Assembly: GCF_016593235.1 (NCBI RefSeq)
Contig: NZ_AP023065.1
Location: forward strand, 1,637,649-1,669,648
DNA from: Nitratiruptor sp. YY09-18
Lineage (GTDB): Bacteria; Campylobacterota; Campylobacteria; Campylobacterales; Nitratiruptoraceae
Reading direction: 5' to 3'
Length of the DNA: 32,000 nt
Below are positions 8,152 to 16,765 of this stretch, piece by piece; the stretch's first letter is position 1, and each line of letters starts with the position of its first letter. A model generated the notes under the pieces. It saw only the letters and a list, made by a program, of their open reading frames with translations, made no database searches and was not told where the DNA came from. The position numbers and the translations under genes are program-made.

Positions 8152-10535
8152 AAAAACTTTTTGAATCTCTCTATGTACAGCTTGCTATTACTTTTGCACT
8201 CTTTTTTGTCTCCTTTTTCATAATCTATGCAATATTTTCAAGCTACTCAAAAAATATCGCCTTCAACCAGGCCTTTGATACAAACAAAGAGAATATCTTT
8301 TTGCTCAAAAGTTTTATCGAAGAGCGATCGCTCCAAAAAGATGCCACTTTAATAGAGCGGGAGTTGATACGCTTTGCTACAAGGCGCTATTTGAATAAAA
8401 TTATACTCTTTGACAAGAGGCAACAAATTCTTTATGCAAACAGGAAGATATGGATTGGCCAGCCTATAGATCAATTTGTCCCCCTCCAAGAGCTGAAAAT
8501 ATTGTCGCAAGCAATCAATCATGAAAGGTTTAAATTTCATAGAGTCAAAGATCAAATCTATAGCCTAATTCCTCTCTCGTATCTCTACAATCCCATAACA
8601 AAGAAAATAGCAAAAGGCTATCTCTATATCGAGCTTGATTTTTCATCTTTGATGCAGCAGATTGATAGGGTAATGCGAGAAGCTTTTTTAGTTCTCTATC
8701 TCATTATAACACTCCTCTTTTTATTCTACTTTTTTCTTAGCTATAGAACTTTTATCAAAAAATATGAAAAACTAAGCTCCCTGCTACTGCCTCAAAAACA
8801 AAAGTCACAATTTTTCACTTCCATCGATGAGCTCATTGCAGCACAAAGCAGCGCAATTGAGAAAATGGCAATGATGCATAAAGTGATACAAAACAGCACA
8901 GATGGTGTCTTGATCACTGATGATAAAAAGAGAATTCTTACTATCAATCCAGCTTTTGAAAAGATTACAGGCTTTCAAGAAGCAGAGATTACAGGCAGAA
9001 AACCTGAAGATTTTTTAAAGTCAAATCTCATGAACCAAAACTTCTACGAAAATATGTGGCATTCACTCAATAAAAATGGACGATGGTCTGGTGAGATAAT
9101 AGATAAGAGAAAAGATGGTTCAAATATCACCTTGTGGCAAACTATCTTCACAATCACCGATCCGAGCTCTGGCAAAATTACAAATTATGTCTCCATCATC
9201 AAAGATATCTCTGAGCTAGCCAAAAAACAAGAGGAGATTAGAAAATTGGCACTTTTTGATATACTCACGGATCTACCTAATCGTGCTCACTTTTTGCAAA
9301 GACTTGATGAGCTTGTAGCTCTTAACAAACGCCATCCGCTCCCTTTTGCTCTCCTTTTTATCGATATTGATAATTTCAAAGACATTAATGATACATTAGG
9401 GCACGATAGTGGTGACCAGCTCTTGCAGCAGTTTGCTATACGCGTTGCCAAGCAAATACGCCAAGAGGATGTTTTGGCGCGCTATGGAGGAGATGAGTTT
9501 GTTGTAATAGCTCCTTATATCAACAATGCGCAAACTGCTTTGGAGTTTTCCTGTCGTATTCGTGAAGCTCTCAAAGAGCCATTTGTTATAAATGGACAGC
9601 ATCTTCAAGTCTATATCAGTATAGGTATAGCCCTCTTTCCATATGATGCAAAAGATGCCAAAGAGCTTCTCAAAGGTGCTGATATTGCACTCTATAAAGC
9701 CAAAGAGCAAAAAGATAGATGTATTCTTTTTGAAGAGAAAATGCAAAAACAAGCATTAGAAAATATTACGCTCAAGCAAGATCTTGAAAAAGCGATAAAC
9801 TCTCGCGATCAACTTACTCTTTATCTACAACCAAAAATTGATTTGCATACCAATAAAATAGTAGGCTTCGAAGCACTTTTACGTTGGTTTCATCCCAAAA
9901 AGGGGCTTATTACGCCAGATAAATTCATCCCTCTTGCAGAAGAGGGTCATCTCATAGTACCTCTAACGGAGTGGATTTTTGGGCATACCAATGAGATATT
10001 GCAAAACTTTGAAAAAAATAAAATCTCTACATCTGTAGCTATCAATATTTCAGCGAAACATTTTGTGCTCAGTAATCTCCAATCCCATATCTCCGGCCAT
10101 ATTGACACTCAGTTTATAAAAAATAAAAATATAGAGATTGAGATCACAGAAAGTGCTATTATGGATAATGTCAATCTTGCTATTAAACAGCTCAATGCAC
10201 TTCACGATATGGGTATTAAGATTGCACTCGATGACTTTGGTACTGGCTACTCATCTTTGCAATATCTTAAAAACTTCCCGATTGATATTATCAAAATAGA
10301 TCGCAATTTTATCAATAAAATCCCGCACGACGAAAAGGATTTGGCAATTATAAAAAGTACTGTTGCTATAGCACAAACGCTAGGTATGCAAAGTCTTGCA
10401 GAGGGCATAGAGACCAAGGAGCAGTTAGAGACTGTCAAACACTTTGGCGTAGATCTCGCACAAGGATACTATTTTGCAAAACCTATGCCATTTGAGGAGA
10501 CATTGGAGTTTATAAGATCTTGGAGAGCTACGTAG
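8148..10535 (+). CDS. Membrane-bound PAS-GGDEF-EAL protein (c-di-GMP synthase/phosphodiesterase) with an N-terminal periplasmic-type sensor region
   Basis: Two TM segments flank a region of about 150 aa. The PAS region is NSTDGVLITD...ITGF, the GGDEF motif RYGGDEF is intact, and the EAL motif FEALLRW plus DDFGTGYSSL are present. ATG 8148 overlaps the SBP stop (ATGA); GTG 8136 is an alternative start. Confidence 0.9.
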   Translation: MKKLFESLYVQLAITFALFFVSFFIIYAIFSSYSKNIAFNQAFDTNKENIFLLKSFIEERSLQKDATLIERELIRFATRRYLNKIILFDKRQQILYANRKIWIGQPIDQFVPLQELKILSQAINHERFKFHRVKDQIYSLIPLSYLYNPITKKIAKGYLYIELDFSSLMQQIDRVMREAFLVLYLIITLLFLFYFFLSYRTFIKKYEKLSSLLLPQKQKSQFFTSIDELIAAQSSAIEKMAMMHKVIQNSTDGVLITDDKKRILTINPAFEKITGFQEAEITGRKPEDFLKSNLMNQNFYENMWHSLNKNGRWSGEIIDKRKDGSNITLWQTIFTITDPSSGKITNYVSIIKDISELAKKQEEIRKLALFDILTDLPNRAHFLQRLDELVALNKRHPLPFALLFIDIDNFKDINDTLGHDSGDQLLQQFAIRVAKQIRQEDVLARYGGDEFVVIAPYINNAQTALEFSCRIREALKEPFVINGQHLQVYISIGIALFPYDAKDAKELLKGADIALYKAKEQKDRCILFEEKMQKQALENITLKQDLEKAINSRDQLTLYLQPKIDLHTNKIVGFEALLRWFHPKKGLITPDKFIPLAEEGHLIVPLTEWIFGHTNEILQNFEKNKISTSVAINISAKHFVLSNLQSHISGHIDTQFIKNKNIEIEITESAIMDNVNLAIKQLNALHDMGIKIALDDFGTGYSSLQYLKNFPIDIIKIDRNFINKIPHDEKDLAIIKSTVAIAQTLGMQSLAEGIETKEQLETVKHFGVDLAQGYYFAKPMPFEETLEFIRSWRAT

Positions 10536-13500
10536 AGATCGTTTAACACCGTGTAAAAATCTGCTTTGCCCTCTTGTACCTTGTCCATGAGCCCTTCAAG
10601 CTCGCGGGTATAGCGCTCGTTGACAAAAGCATAACTCTTTGGATCATTCCTTAGCTCTTCATAGACTTGGGTGCCAAGCTTCGTTGCATACAAAACTCCT
10701 CTACGCTGCACAATATAGTGGCGCTCTTCAAGTTTTTCTATTGTTATTGCATAAGTCGAGGGACGACCAATTCCACGCTCTTTCATCATACGTATTACTT
10801 CGGCATAACTGTAACGGGGTACTTTTGGACGTGTAATAAGTTCTTTTTCTACACTATATCTTCCCTCTTGAAGCGTATGAATAGCAATTGGAACAATAAG
10901 ATCAATTCCATGTTTTACAATTTTGCTAAAAAAACCTACCTCTGTAGTTTTATCTAGGGCTTGTACCTGAGCATGTACCTCTTCTACAACTGCAGGACGC
11001 ATCTGTGAAGCAATGAAGTTACGAAAGATCAGATCATAGAGGCGCAGATGATGTGGAGTTAGTGTGCTGTTTTGCAGTTGCAAAAACTCTTGCAGATCCT
11101 CTGCATCCATTGGACGTGTTGGGCGTATTGCCTCATGCGCGCCACCGTCTTTGGCATGTGTATGCGGGGAGAAATACTCCTCTCCAAAATGAGAGAGTAT
11201 ATACTCTTTTGCTACATTTATTCCGGCTGGACTTACACGAATAGAATCGGTGCGGTGGTATGTGATAAACCCGGCCTCAAAGAGATCCTGGGCTAGCTGC
11301 ATAGTCTTTTGCGGAGAAAAATGGAGCTCATTTGAAGCTGCATAGAGCATGGCATCAGTAGAAAAAGGTGAGCGAAAGAGCTCTTTTTGTTCTATGTTGC
11401 TTACCCTTACTACAACTTCTTGCAGCTTATCGAAAAAATCCTGCGCCTCCTGTTTTTTTTCAAAAATAAATGCAGCCTCCAATCCTCCAAATCGTACTTT
11501 TATTTCATAAACCTTTTGCTTCGCTTCATACTCTCTTAGGACTATCCACTCAAGTACCGCACTCTGTACACGTCCCGCACTGAGCCATTTTTTGCCTAGA
11601 CTCTTTTGAAGACGTTGAGAAATACTAAAGCCTATCCATCTGTCTGCAATACGCCGCACTAGTTGCGCTTTGACAAGATTTTCGTCAAATTTTCTTGGAT
11701 TATCGAGGGCTGCATCAAACGCCCATCGGGTTACTTCATGAAACTCTGCTCGTTTGATATTGCCATTGAAAGGACGAATATTTAGGCACAAATCATAGCT
11801 GATCTTCTCTCCTTCAGTGTCCGGATCTGTAGCAATATAGAGCTCTTTGACTTCATATCCCAAATGGCGCAAAGTTTTGATAATTTCCAACCTATTTTCG
11901 TCAAGAGGCTCAAAAAGCGGAATAAAGTGCTCTTGTTTTAAAACGCCATATATTCCCTCTTGCTTCTCAAGATCTACCACATGTCCCTTTGAGGCTGCAA
12001 TAGAGAGCATTTTACCCTCGCGCGCCACTTCATAGACTCTTACTCCCGGCAGATCCCTTACCATTGGTCTACCATAAAAATTGGCAATTGTACGGGCTTT
12101 ATTGGGTGATTCTACAACAATCAAAGAAGTAGTAAAAAACTCTTGCTTTTCTTGCAGCTTTCCTTCTAAAGCTAATCTTATCTTCTTTCTGTCCTGATCG
12201 ATTTGCGCAAAGATTGCTTGCAAATCAACCTCATCTGCCCTTTTAAAAACTATATCTTGGCTAAACCATCGTACCTTCTTTTGCAGACTATGAAAAGCTT
12301 TTTGACTATCAACCAAAAGATAGCTCAAACCTTTGCTCAGTCCTCCTACATAGAGCCTGCTTGTACGACCACTTGCTTGAATATACCCTGTCACATCAGC
12401 AGTAATAAGTTTGAAGCTATCCCCCTTCTTATAAATAGAGACATCAGGATTTTGGTTAATTTTTTTAATAACAGTATCTGTAAGAATCTCGTTGATGCGT
12501 CTATAGATTGCACTAATATGCTCCTTTGCCTTTTGTGTTAGACGCTCAGCAGGAATCCTATAGACTTTTTCCAGATATTTCACAAATCCTACCACCTCAT
12601 CAAAAAAAGGCTCACCTTTTATTGCACCTATTAGTGCAAGCAAGAAGTAGTAAAGAGTACTATGTTTTGTCAAATCTAGATAGAATTCAAGCTTTGGTAC
12701 TCCGACAAAAAGTGCATAACGTATAATATCTGGCATATCAATACCGCGTGCCAGTGGGTTACGATAACTTGCAAATCCAACTAATACCTGCACATCTCCT
12801 CGTCTATATGCCTCCACATCAAATTTCTCATAACTTTGTGCTTTAATACCTTTTTGCTCCAAAAACTCTACAAATTCCTGGAGGTTCTCTTTCTTTTTGT
12901 TACCAGGCAAAAAAACAAGTCCACCATTACCAAACTTTTTGAGCAACTCTACAGCACGGTTTTTTATATCTTGTGGTTCTTCATAGATATCTTCTACATT
13001 TCTTATGGTAAGAGATGGTCTGCTCACCTCAAATCCCAACAACTCACGAAAGAGTCCTACACGGCGACTTTTCGGATTTGCTGTAGCACTTGAGACGATA
13101 AGTTGAGCTTTGGCATGTGTACGGATTTGTTTTATCTGTTCTTGCCATGTAGTAAATTCTTCTGGTTTTAAAGCTCTTTTGCTTTTGAGATCGATAAACT
13201 CCATCGCCCTATCGATATCCTTTTGGCTAAAGCCTAAAAGCATCATCACCTTATCAATATTGCGGGCAGATTTGAGTATACTATCTACATCATCGATAAA
13301 AACGAAACCAAATTCTTTTGGAATATTATTAAAATTTTTATACATAAAGTTAGTGGTAGTAATTAAAATATCAAACTCACCTTCAAATATACGCCTCTTT
13401 GCTTCATCGCGCTGCTTTTTTGATAAACGTGAATCATAATAAACCGGCTCGATTCCTAGCTTTTGTACTCTCTCAACAGCCTGATTGACAAGAAGTTGTG

Positions 13501-13870
13501 TCGGGAAGAGAAGATAACTCTTTGTTTTTAAATTTATTTTTAAAAATGCTGCAAGACTCAGACCAAAAGTTGTCTTGCCTACACCTGTTGGAGCAAGGAG
13601 AGCAAAGGAGTGACCAAGAAAGAAGCGTTTTGCCCAACTATGCTGAATCTGACGAAGAGCAAAACCATTTTTATGTTTAAAAAACTCTTCAAAAAGCTTC
13701 TCTTGTTCACTGATTTTACAGATTTTAAGGTATTCCCCCTCTTGTAAAACCTCGCAAGGATCCCCAGCTTGCGGCATACATCGCTCACACATCAGTCCTT
13801 GTGCAAGCCTTTGGCTACTAATTGTCCCGCCACAATTGGGGCATAGATCTTTATAGTAGAGATCTATCAC
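10469..13870 (-). CDS. rgy: Reverse gyrase (N-terminal zinc finger + SF2 helicase-like domain fused to a type IA topoisomerase)
   Basis: CPNC...CERC zinc finger at residues 10-31. Helicase motifs are APTGVGKTT, FIDDVD, SSAT and QASGRTSR. TOPRIM residues are VESPNKA and TDPDTEGE. The catalytic-Tyr region is ITYHRTDS. The 1133-aa length is typical. The GTG start overlaps the upstream stop. Confidence 0.95.
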   Translation of the reverse strand: MIDLYYKDLCPNCGGTISSQRLAQGLMCERCMPQAGDPCEVLQEGEYLKICKISEQEKLFEEFFKHKNGFALRQIQHSWAKRFFLGHSFALLAPTGVGKTTFGLSLAAFLKINLKTKSYLLFPTQLLVNQAVERVQKLGIEPVYYDSRLSKKQRDEAKRRIFEGEFDILITTTNFMYKNFNNIPKEFGFVFIDDVDSILKSARNIDKVMMLLGFSQKDIDRAMEFIDLKSKRALKPEEFTTWQEQIKQIRTHAKAQLIVSSATANPKSRRVGLFRELLGFEVSRPSLTIRNVEDIYEEPQDIKNRAVELLKKFGNGGLVFLPGNKKKENLQEFVEFLEQKGIKAQSYEKFDVEAYRRGDVQVLVGFASYRNPLARGIDMPDIIRYALFVGVPKLEFYLDLTKHSTLYYFLLALIGAIKGEPFFDEVVGFVKYLEKVYRIPAERLTQKAKEHISAIYRRINEILTDTVIKKINQNPDVSIYKKGDSFKLITADVTGYIQASGRTSRLYVGGLSKGLSYLLVDSQKAFHSLQKKVRWFSQDIVFKRADEVDLQAIFAQIDQDRKKIRLALEGKLQEKQEFFTTSLIVVESPNKARTIANFYGRPMVRDLPGVRVYEVAREGKMLSIAASKGHVVDLEKQEGIYGVLKQEHFIPLFEPLDENRLEIIKTLRHLGYEVKELYIATDPDTEGEKISYDLCLNIRPFNGNIKRAEFHEVTRWAFDAALDNPRKFDENLVKAQLVRRIADRWIGFSISQRLQKSLGKKWLSAGRVQSAVLEWIVLREYEAKQKVYEIKVRFGGLEAAFIFEKKQEAQDFFDKLQEVVVRVSNIEQKELFRSPFSTDAMLYAASNELHFSPQKTMQLAQDLFEAGFITYHRTDSIRVSPAGINVAKEYILSHFGEEYFSPHTHAKDGGAHEAIRPTRPMDAEDLQEFLQLQNSTLTPHHLRLYDLIFRNFIASQMRPAVVEEVHAQVQALDKTTEVGFFSKIVKHGIDLIVPIAIHTLQEGRYSVEKELITRPKVPRYSYAEVIRMMKERGIGRPSTYAITIEKLEERHYIVQRRGVLYATKLGTQVYEELRNDPKSYAFVNERYTRELEGLMDKVQEGKADFYTVLNDLYVALQDLINSNVSSNGIGFAK

Positions 13871-14532
13871 TATTTCCCTTGCCCGTCAAGATACTCTTTG
13901 ATTTCATGTAATAGCTGCGCAGGTGTTTTTATCGGATACATGAGATTTTTTGCAACCTCTGCACCATCAATTCCTTTAATTTGAATCCCGGCAAGACGCT
14001 TTTCGAGCAATTTGCTATCCATGATAGGATAGTCGATGCCTTTAGAGTGTTTGAGCACAAGATATGCCCACGGACTCTCACAGCTTGCAGCTTTGAGAGA
14101 TTCTGCGGCCATAGAATGGCAAAAATCGAGTAGTGTTTGAGAATCTTGACCCTCTTTGACAAGTTTATATGCCAATTTCGCTACACCGCCAGCAGTATGG
14201 ACTTTGAGTTCCTTTTTCTCTTCTGGAGTCAGCTCATCCATATGCTCTATTTTATACATTGCCTGATCTGGATCAGCGCGTAAGATGTTGCGCACAGTAT
14301 TGCGCGTAAGACCAACATACTCAGCAATATCATCTTCAGATTTGAGATACTCCTCACGCAAAACTATCGCAAACGCAGCACGAGCAAGGCTTGGTAGCCA
14401 TGTCAGGGTGCGAAACTCAGCAAGTTTTTTGAGACCTCCAAGCAGATCGATTGATTTGAAAAATACACGCTCAACAAGTCTTTCTAATCCTTTTTCATCG
14501 ATATCGAGTCCACTTCCTGTAAGTATAATCAT
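13870..14532 (-). CDS. Hypothetical 220-aa protein with a central helix-turn-helix; putative regulator
   Basis: EDDIAEYVGLTRNTVRNIL looks like a classical HTH. The C-terminal part of about 110 aa is unassigned. It is tightly coupled to both neighbours. Confidence 0.6.
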   Translation of the reverse strand: MIILTGSGLDIDEKGLERLVERVFFKSIDLLGGLKKLAEFRTLTWLPSLARAAFAIVLREEYLKSEDDIAEYVGLTRNTVRNILRADPDQAMYKIEHMDELTPEEKKELKVHTAGGVAKLAYKLVKEGQDSQTLLDFCHSMAAESLKAASCESPWAYLVLKHSKGIDYPIMDSKLLEKRLAGIQIKGIDGAEVAKNLMYPIKTPAQLLHEIKEYLDGQGK

Positions 14533-14533
14533 G

Positions 14534-15427
14534 TTAACCTCCTATTGGTCCTAAAATTTTGACAATTCCTGTCTCGGTAATCTCCATAAAATGCGTCTTT
14601 GTATCATGTCCACTCATACGACATCCATCGATACGAAAAAGACGCACCAAATCGCCTAGTTGTGCTTTATACATTCTTGCAGCGTACTGACTTGTAATAA
14701 GCTCTTTGGCAACTACCATAGTTCCATCGACAATATGCCCAACCGCATATCCACCAGCTGCTTCAGCGCTCAGCTCTTCGTGCCCACTGCGCTTCTGGCT
14801 GATAAATATTGCTGTTTGATACCATTTTTTCATAAAGTTAAAGACTCTTCTTACAATCGCTCGCGCCATCATCTCTTTATTCTCAAATAGACCCGTGATC
14901 GAGTCGATGACAGTATAGTTGATCTTATACTCTTTGATCGCATAGGCGAGTGTCGCCAAAAGATCTGGAATATTTTCTCTCAATTTCCCATGACTTGCAG
15001 CATCAATGAGAATAATATTATCTTCAAAATCATCGAAGTTGTATCCCATAGCCAGTGCGCGATACTTAATTGAAGAGATTACAAAGTTTGCTGGCGTCTC
15101 AACAGTAATAAATGCAACCTTTTCGCCTTTTCTGGCTTGTTCTACAGCAAACTGCTCAGCCATGAGGCTTTTTCCTGTATCACTTACTCCTGTAATATTA
15201 AAGACACTATATTTTGGTATCCCGCCAAGTGATACCTGCTTGAGTTTACCCTTTTCTTCCTTGACAGTGAAGAAAAGGTCATCAAGCCCCTCTATGCCTG
15301 TTGGTACACCTGTAATCTTGGGAGCCTTTTTGAGCGCCTCGCTTCCTACAAAGATACTCTCTTTGATAACTTCTGGCTCACTGTAATAGCTAGGATATGG
15401 ACTATTTTGTGTGATATTTTCTGCCAT
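14534..15427 (-). CDS. Single-domain KaiC/RadA-like RecA-superfamily ATPase
   Basis: TGIEGLDDLF...GGIP, Walker A GVSDTGKS and Walker B YTVIDSIT match the KaiC-like ATPase (PF06745-type) organisation. The strong SD aaaggaggg lies upstream of the ATG. Confidence 0.8.
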   Translation of the reverse strand: MAENITQNSPYPSYYSEPEVIKESIFVGSEALKKAPKITGVPTGIEGLDDLFFTVKEEKGKLKQVSLGGIPKYSVFNITGVSDTGKSLMAEQFAVEQARKGEKVAFITVETPANFVISSIKYRALAMGYNFDDFEDNIILIDAASHGKLRENIPDLLATLAYAIKEYKINYTVIDSITGLFENKEMMARAIVRRVFNFMKKWYQTAIFISQKRSGHEELSAEAAGGYAVGHIVDGTMVVAKELITSQYAARMYKAQLGDLVRLFRIDGCRMSGHDTKTHFMEITETGIVKILGPIGG

Positions 15428-15444
15428 ACTCCCTCCTTTTTGTT

Positions 15445-15453
15445 ATCTTAGCA
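15445..15453 (-). promoter_or_regulatory. Putative extended -10 (TGcTAAGAT) for the kaiC-like/HTH/rgy operon
   Basis: The minus strand reads TGCTAAGAT, then 17 nt including the SD, then ATG 15427. No experimental support. Confidence 0.3.
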
Positions 15454-15506
15454 AAAAAACCTCATATCTATTGCTATTTTTGTATCACAAGATTTGCACA
15501 ATTGGT

Positions 15507-15512
15507 TATAAT
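15507..15512 (+). promoter_or_regulatory. Putative -10 (TATAAT) for upp
   Basis: A consensus TATAAT hexamer lies 26 nt upstream of ATG 15539 in the 111-bp divergent intergenic region. Confidence 0.3.
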
Positions 15513-15538
15513 TTTTAAAAATTTTACAAAGAGCTATC

Positions 15539-16168
15539 ATGGAACATATCCACCATTCATCCAATCCACTCATCAAACATCTTGTCAACAGCTTGCGCGA
15601 TACTACAATCTCGCCTGCATTTTTTCGCAAAAATCTTGCACTCATAGCGCAAAATCTCCTCTTAGAAGCTGCACATCTCTTGCCTCAAACCACAAAACAG
15701 ATCACTACCTGGCAAGGAGAAAATTCATTTAGCTTCATTGATCAGCGTCAGATTGTCTGCATACCGATACTTCGCGCCGGGATTCCCATGATGGATGGCG
15801 TTTTAGAACTCTTACCAGAGATCCAAGCTGGCTTTTTAGCAATGAAAAGAGATGAAAAAACTTTTAAGCCTACTATTTTTTACAAACGTTTCCCCTCTTT
15901 AGCAAATAAAATAATCATTATCGTCGATCCCATGGTAGCAACGGGCGGAAGCCTCATCGATGCGATTTCGCTTATCAAAGAAGAAAACCCAGCTCATATT
16001 ATCTCACTCAATCTCATTGCGGCTCCAGAAGGTCTGCATGCTGTCTCAAAAACTCACAGTGATGTATCGATCTTCATAGCCCAGATTGATGACCATCTCA
16101 ATGCCAAAAAATATATTATTCCTGGACTGGGAGATGCTGGTGATAGAGCCTACAACACTGAAGGATAA
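15539..16168 (+). CDS. upp: Uracil phosphoribosyltransferase
   Basis: PRPP-binding loop IIIVDPMVATGGS and C-terminal IIPGLGDAGDR. The 209-aa length is typical. Confidence 0.92.
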   Translation: MEHIHHSSNPLIKHLVNSLRDTTISPAFFRKNLALIAQNLLLEAAHLLPQTTKQITTWQGENSFSFIDQRQIVCIPILRAGIPMMDGVLELLPEIQAGFLAMKRDEKTFKPTIFYKRFPSLANKIIIIVDPMVATGGSLIDAISLIKEENPAHIISLNLIAAPEGLHAVSKTHSDVSIFIAQIDDHLNAKKYIIPGLGDAGDRAYNTEG

Positions 16169-16170
16169 AA

Positions 16171-16701
16171 ATGGAAAAACTGCTCCAAGAAACAATTACA
16201 AAGAGGCGATACTATCTCGATCTACGCAACAAAGATCTCCAAGAGATCCCCCAAGAAGTAGCTACAATGGACTTCTTAGAAAATATCGCTCTTTCGCACA
16301 ATCAAATATATGATATCTCTCTTTTAGCTCATATTCCCCAGCTACGCAAGGTTGCCCTTACCAATAATTGCATCAAAGGCCTTACTCCACTTCAAAATTT
16401 CAACAACCTCAAATATCTCTTCATTGGCAACAATTGCATAAGTGATCTTACGCCCTTGCAAGATCTTCCAAAACTCAAAAAACTTGTTGCACATAACAAT
16501 CACATAGCTGATCTGACACCTGTTGCAAAGATGCAAAATCTTGTATACCTTGATATCTCCCACAATCCCTTAGCTTCAATTGAACCTCTAAAAAGGTGCA
16601 AAAATCTACGCTATTTGCGAGCTTATGGACTAGAAAAATTTGTAGAAGAGCTTCACAGTCTCAAAAGAGAGCTACCAAATCTCTATGTTCTTGATATGTA
16701 A
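16171..16701 (+). CDS. Leucine-rich repeat protein (five to six 22-residue internalin-type LRRs), no signal peptide
   Basis: Repeats follow LxxLxLxxNxIxDLTPLxxLxx (for example LKYLFIGNNCISDLTPLQDLPK, LKKLVAHNNHIADLTPVAKMQN). It starts 2 nt after the upp stop, with aagga upstream. Confidence 0.8.
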   Translation: MEKLLQETITKRRYYLDLRNKDLQEIPQEVATMDFLENIALSHNQIYDISLLAHIPQLRKVALTNNCIKGLTPLQNFNNLKYLFIGNNCISDLTPLQDLPKLKKLVAHNNHIADLTPVAKMQNLVYLDISHNPLASIEPLKRCKNLRYLRAYGLEKFVEELHSLKRELPNLYVLDM

Positions 16702-16728
16702 ATTTTGATCGTTTACTTGTCACCCTTT

Positions 16729-16737
16729 TGTTAAAAT
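16729..16737 (+). promoter_or_regulatory. Putative extended -10 (TGtTAAAAT) for pyruvate kinase
   Basis: A TGnTAAAAT element lies 28 nt upstream of ATG 16766 in the short gap after the LRR gene. Confidence 0.3.
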
Positions 16738-16765
16738 CTTAGATAAGATGACACAAAGGAGTAAC

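Noticed and set aside
11453-11460. T8 (A8 on the coding strand) homopolymer inside reverse gyrase as a possible phase-variation site
   Set aside because: A/T runs of this length are common in AT-rich coding sequence (it encodes EKKQE). The frame is intact, and nothing suggests slippage.
15488-15512. TTGCAC as a -35 element paired with TATAAT upstream of upp
   Set aside because: The spacer is only about 10 nt, far from the usual 17 nt. Only the -10 hexamer is kept, at low confidence.
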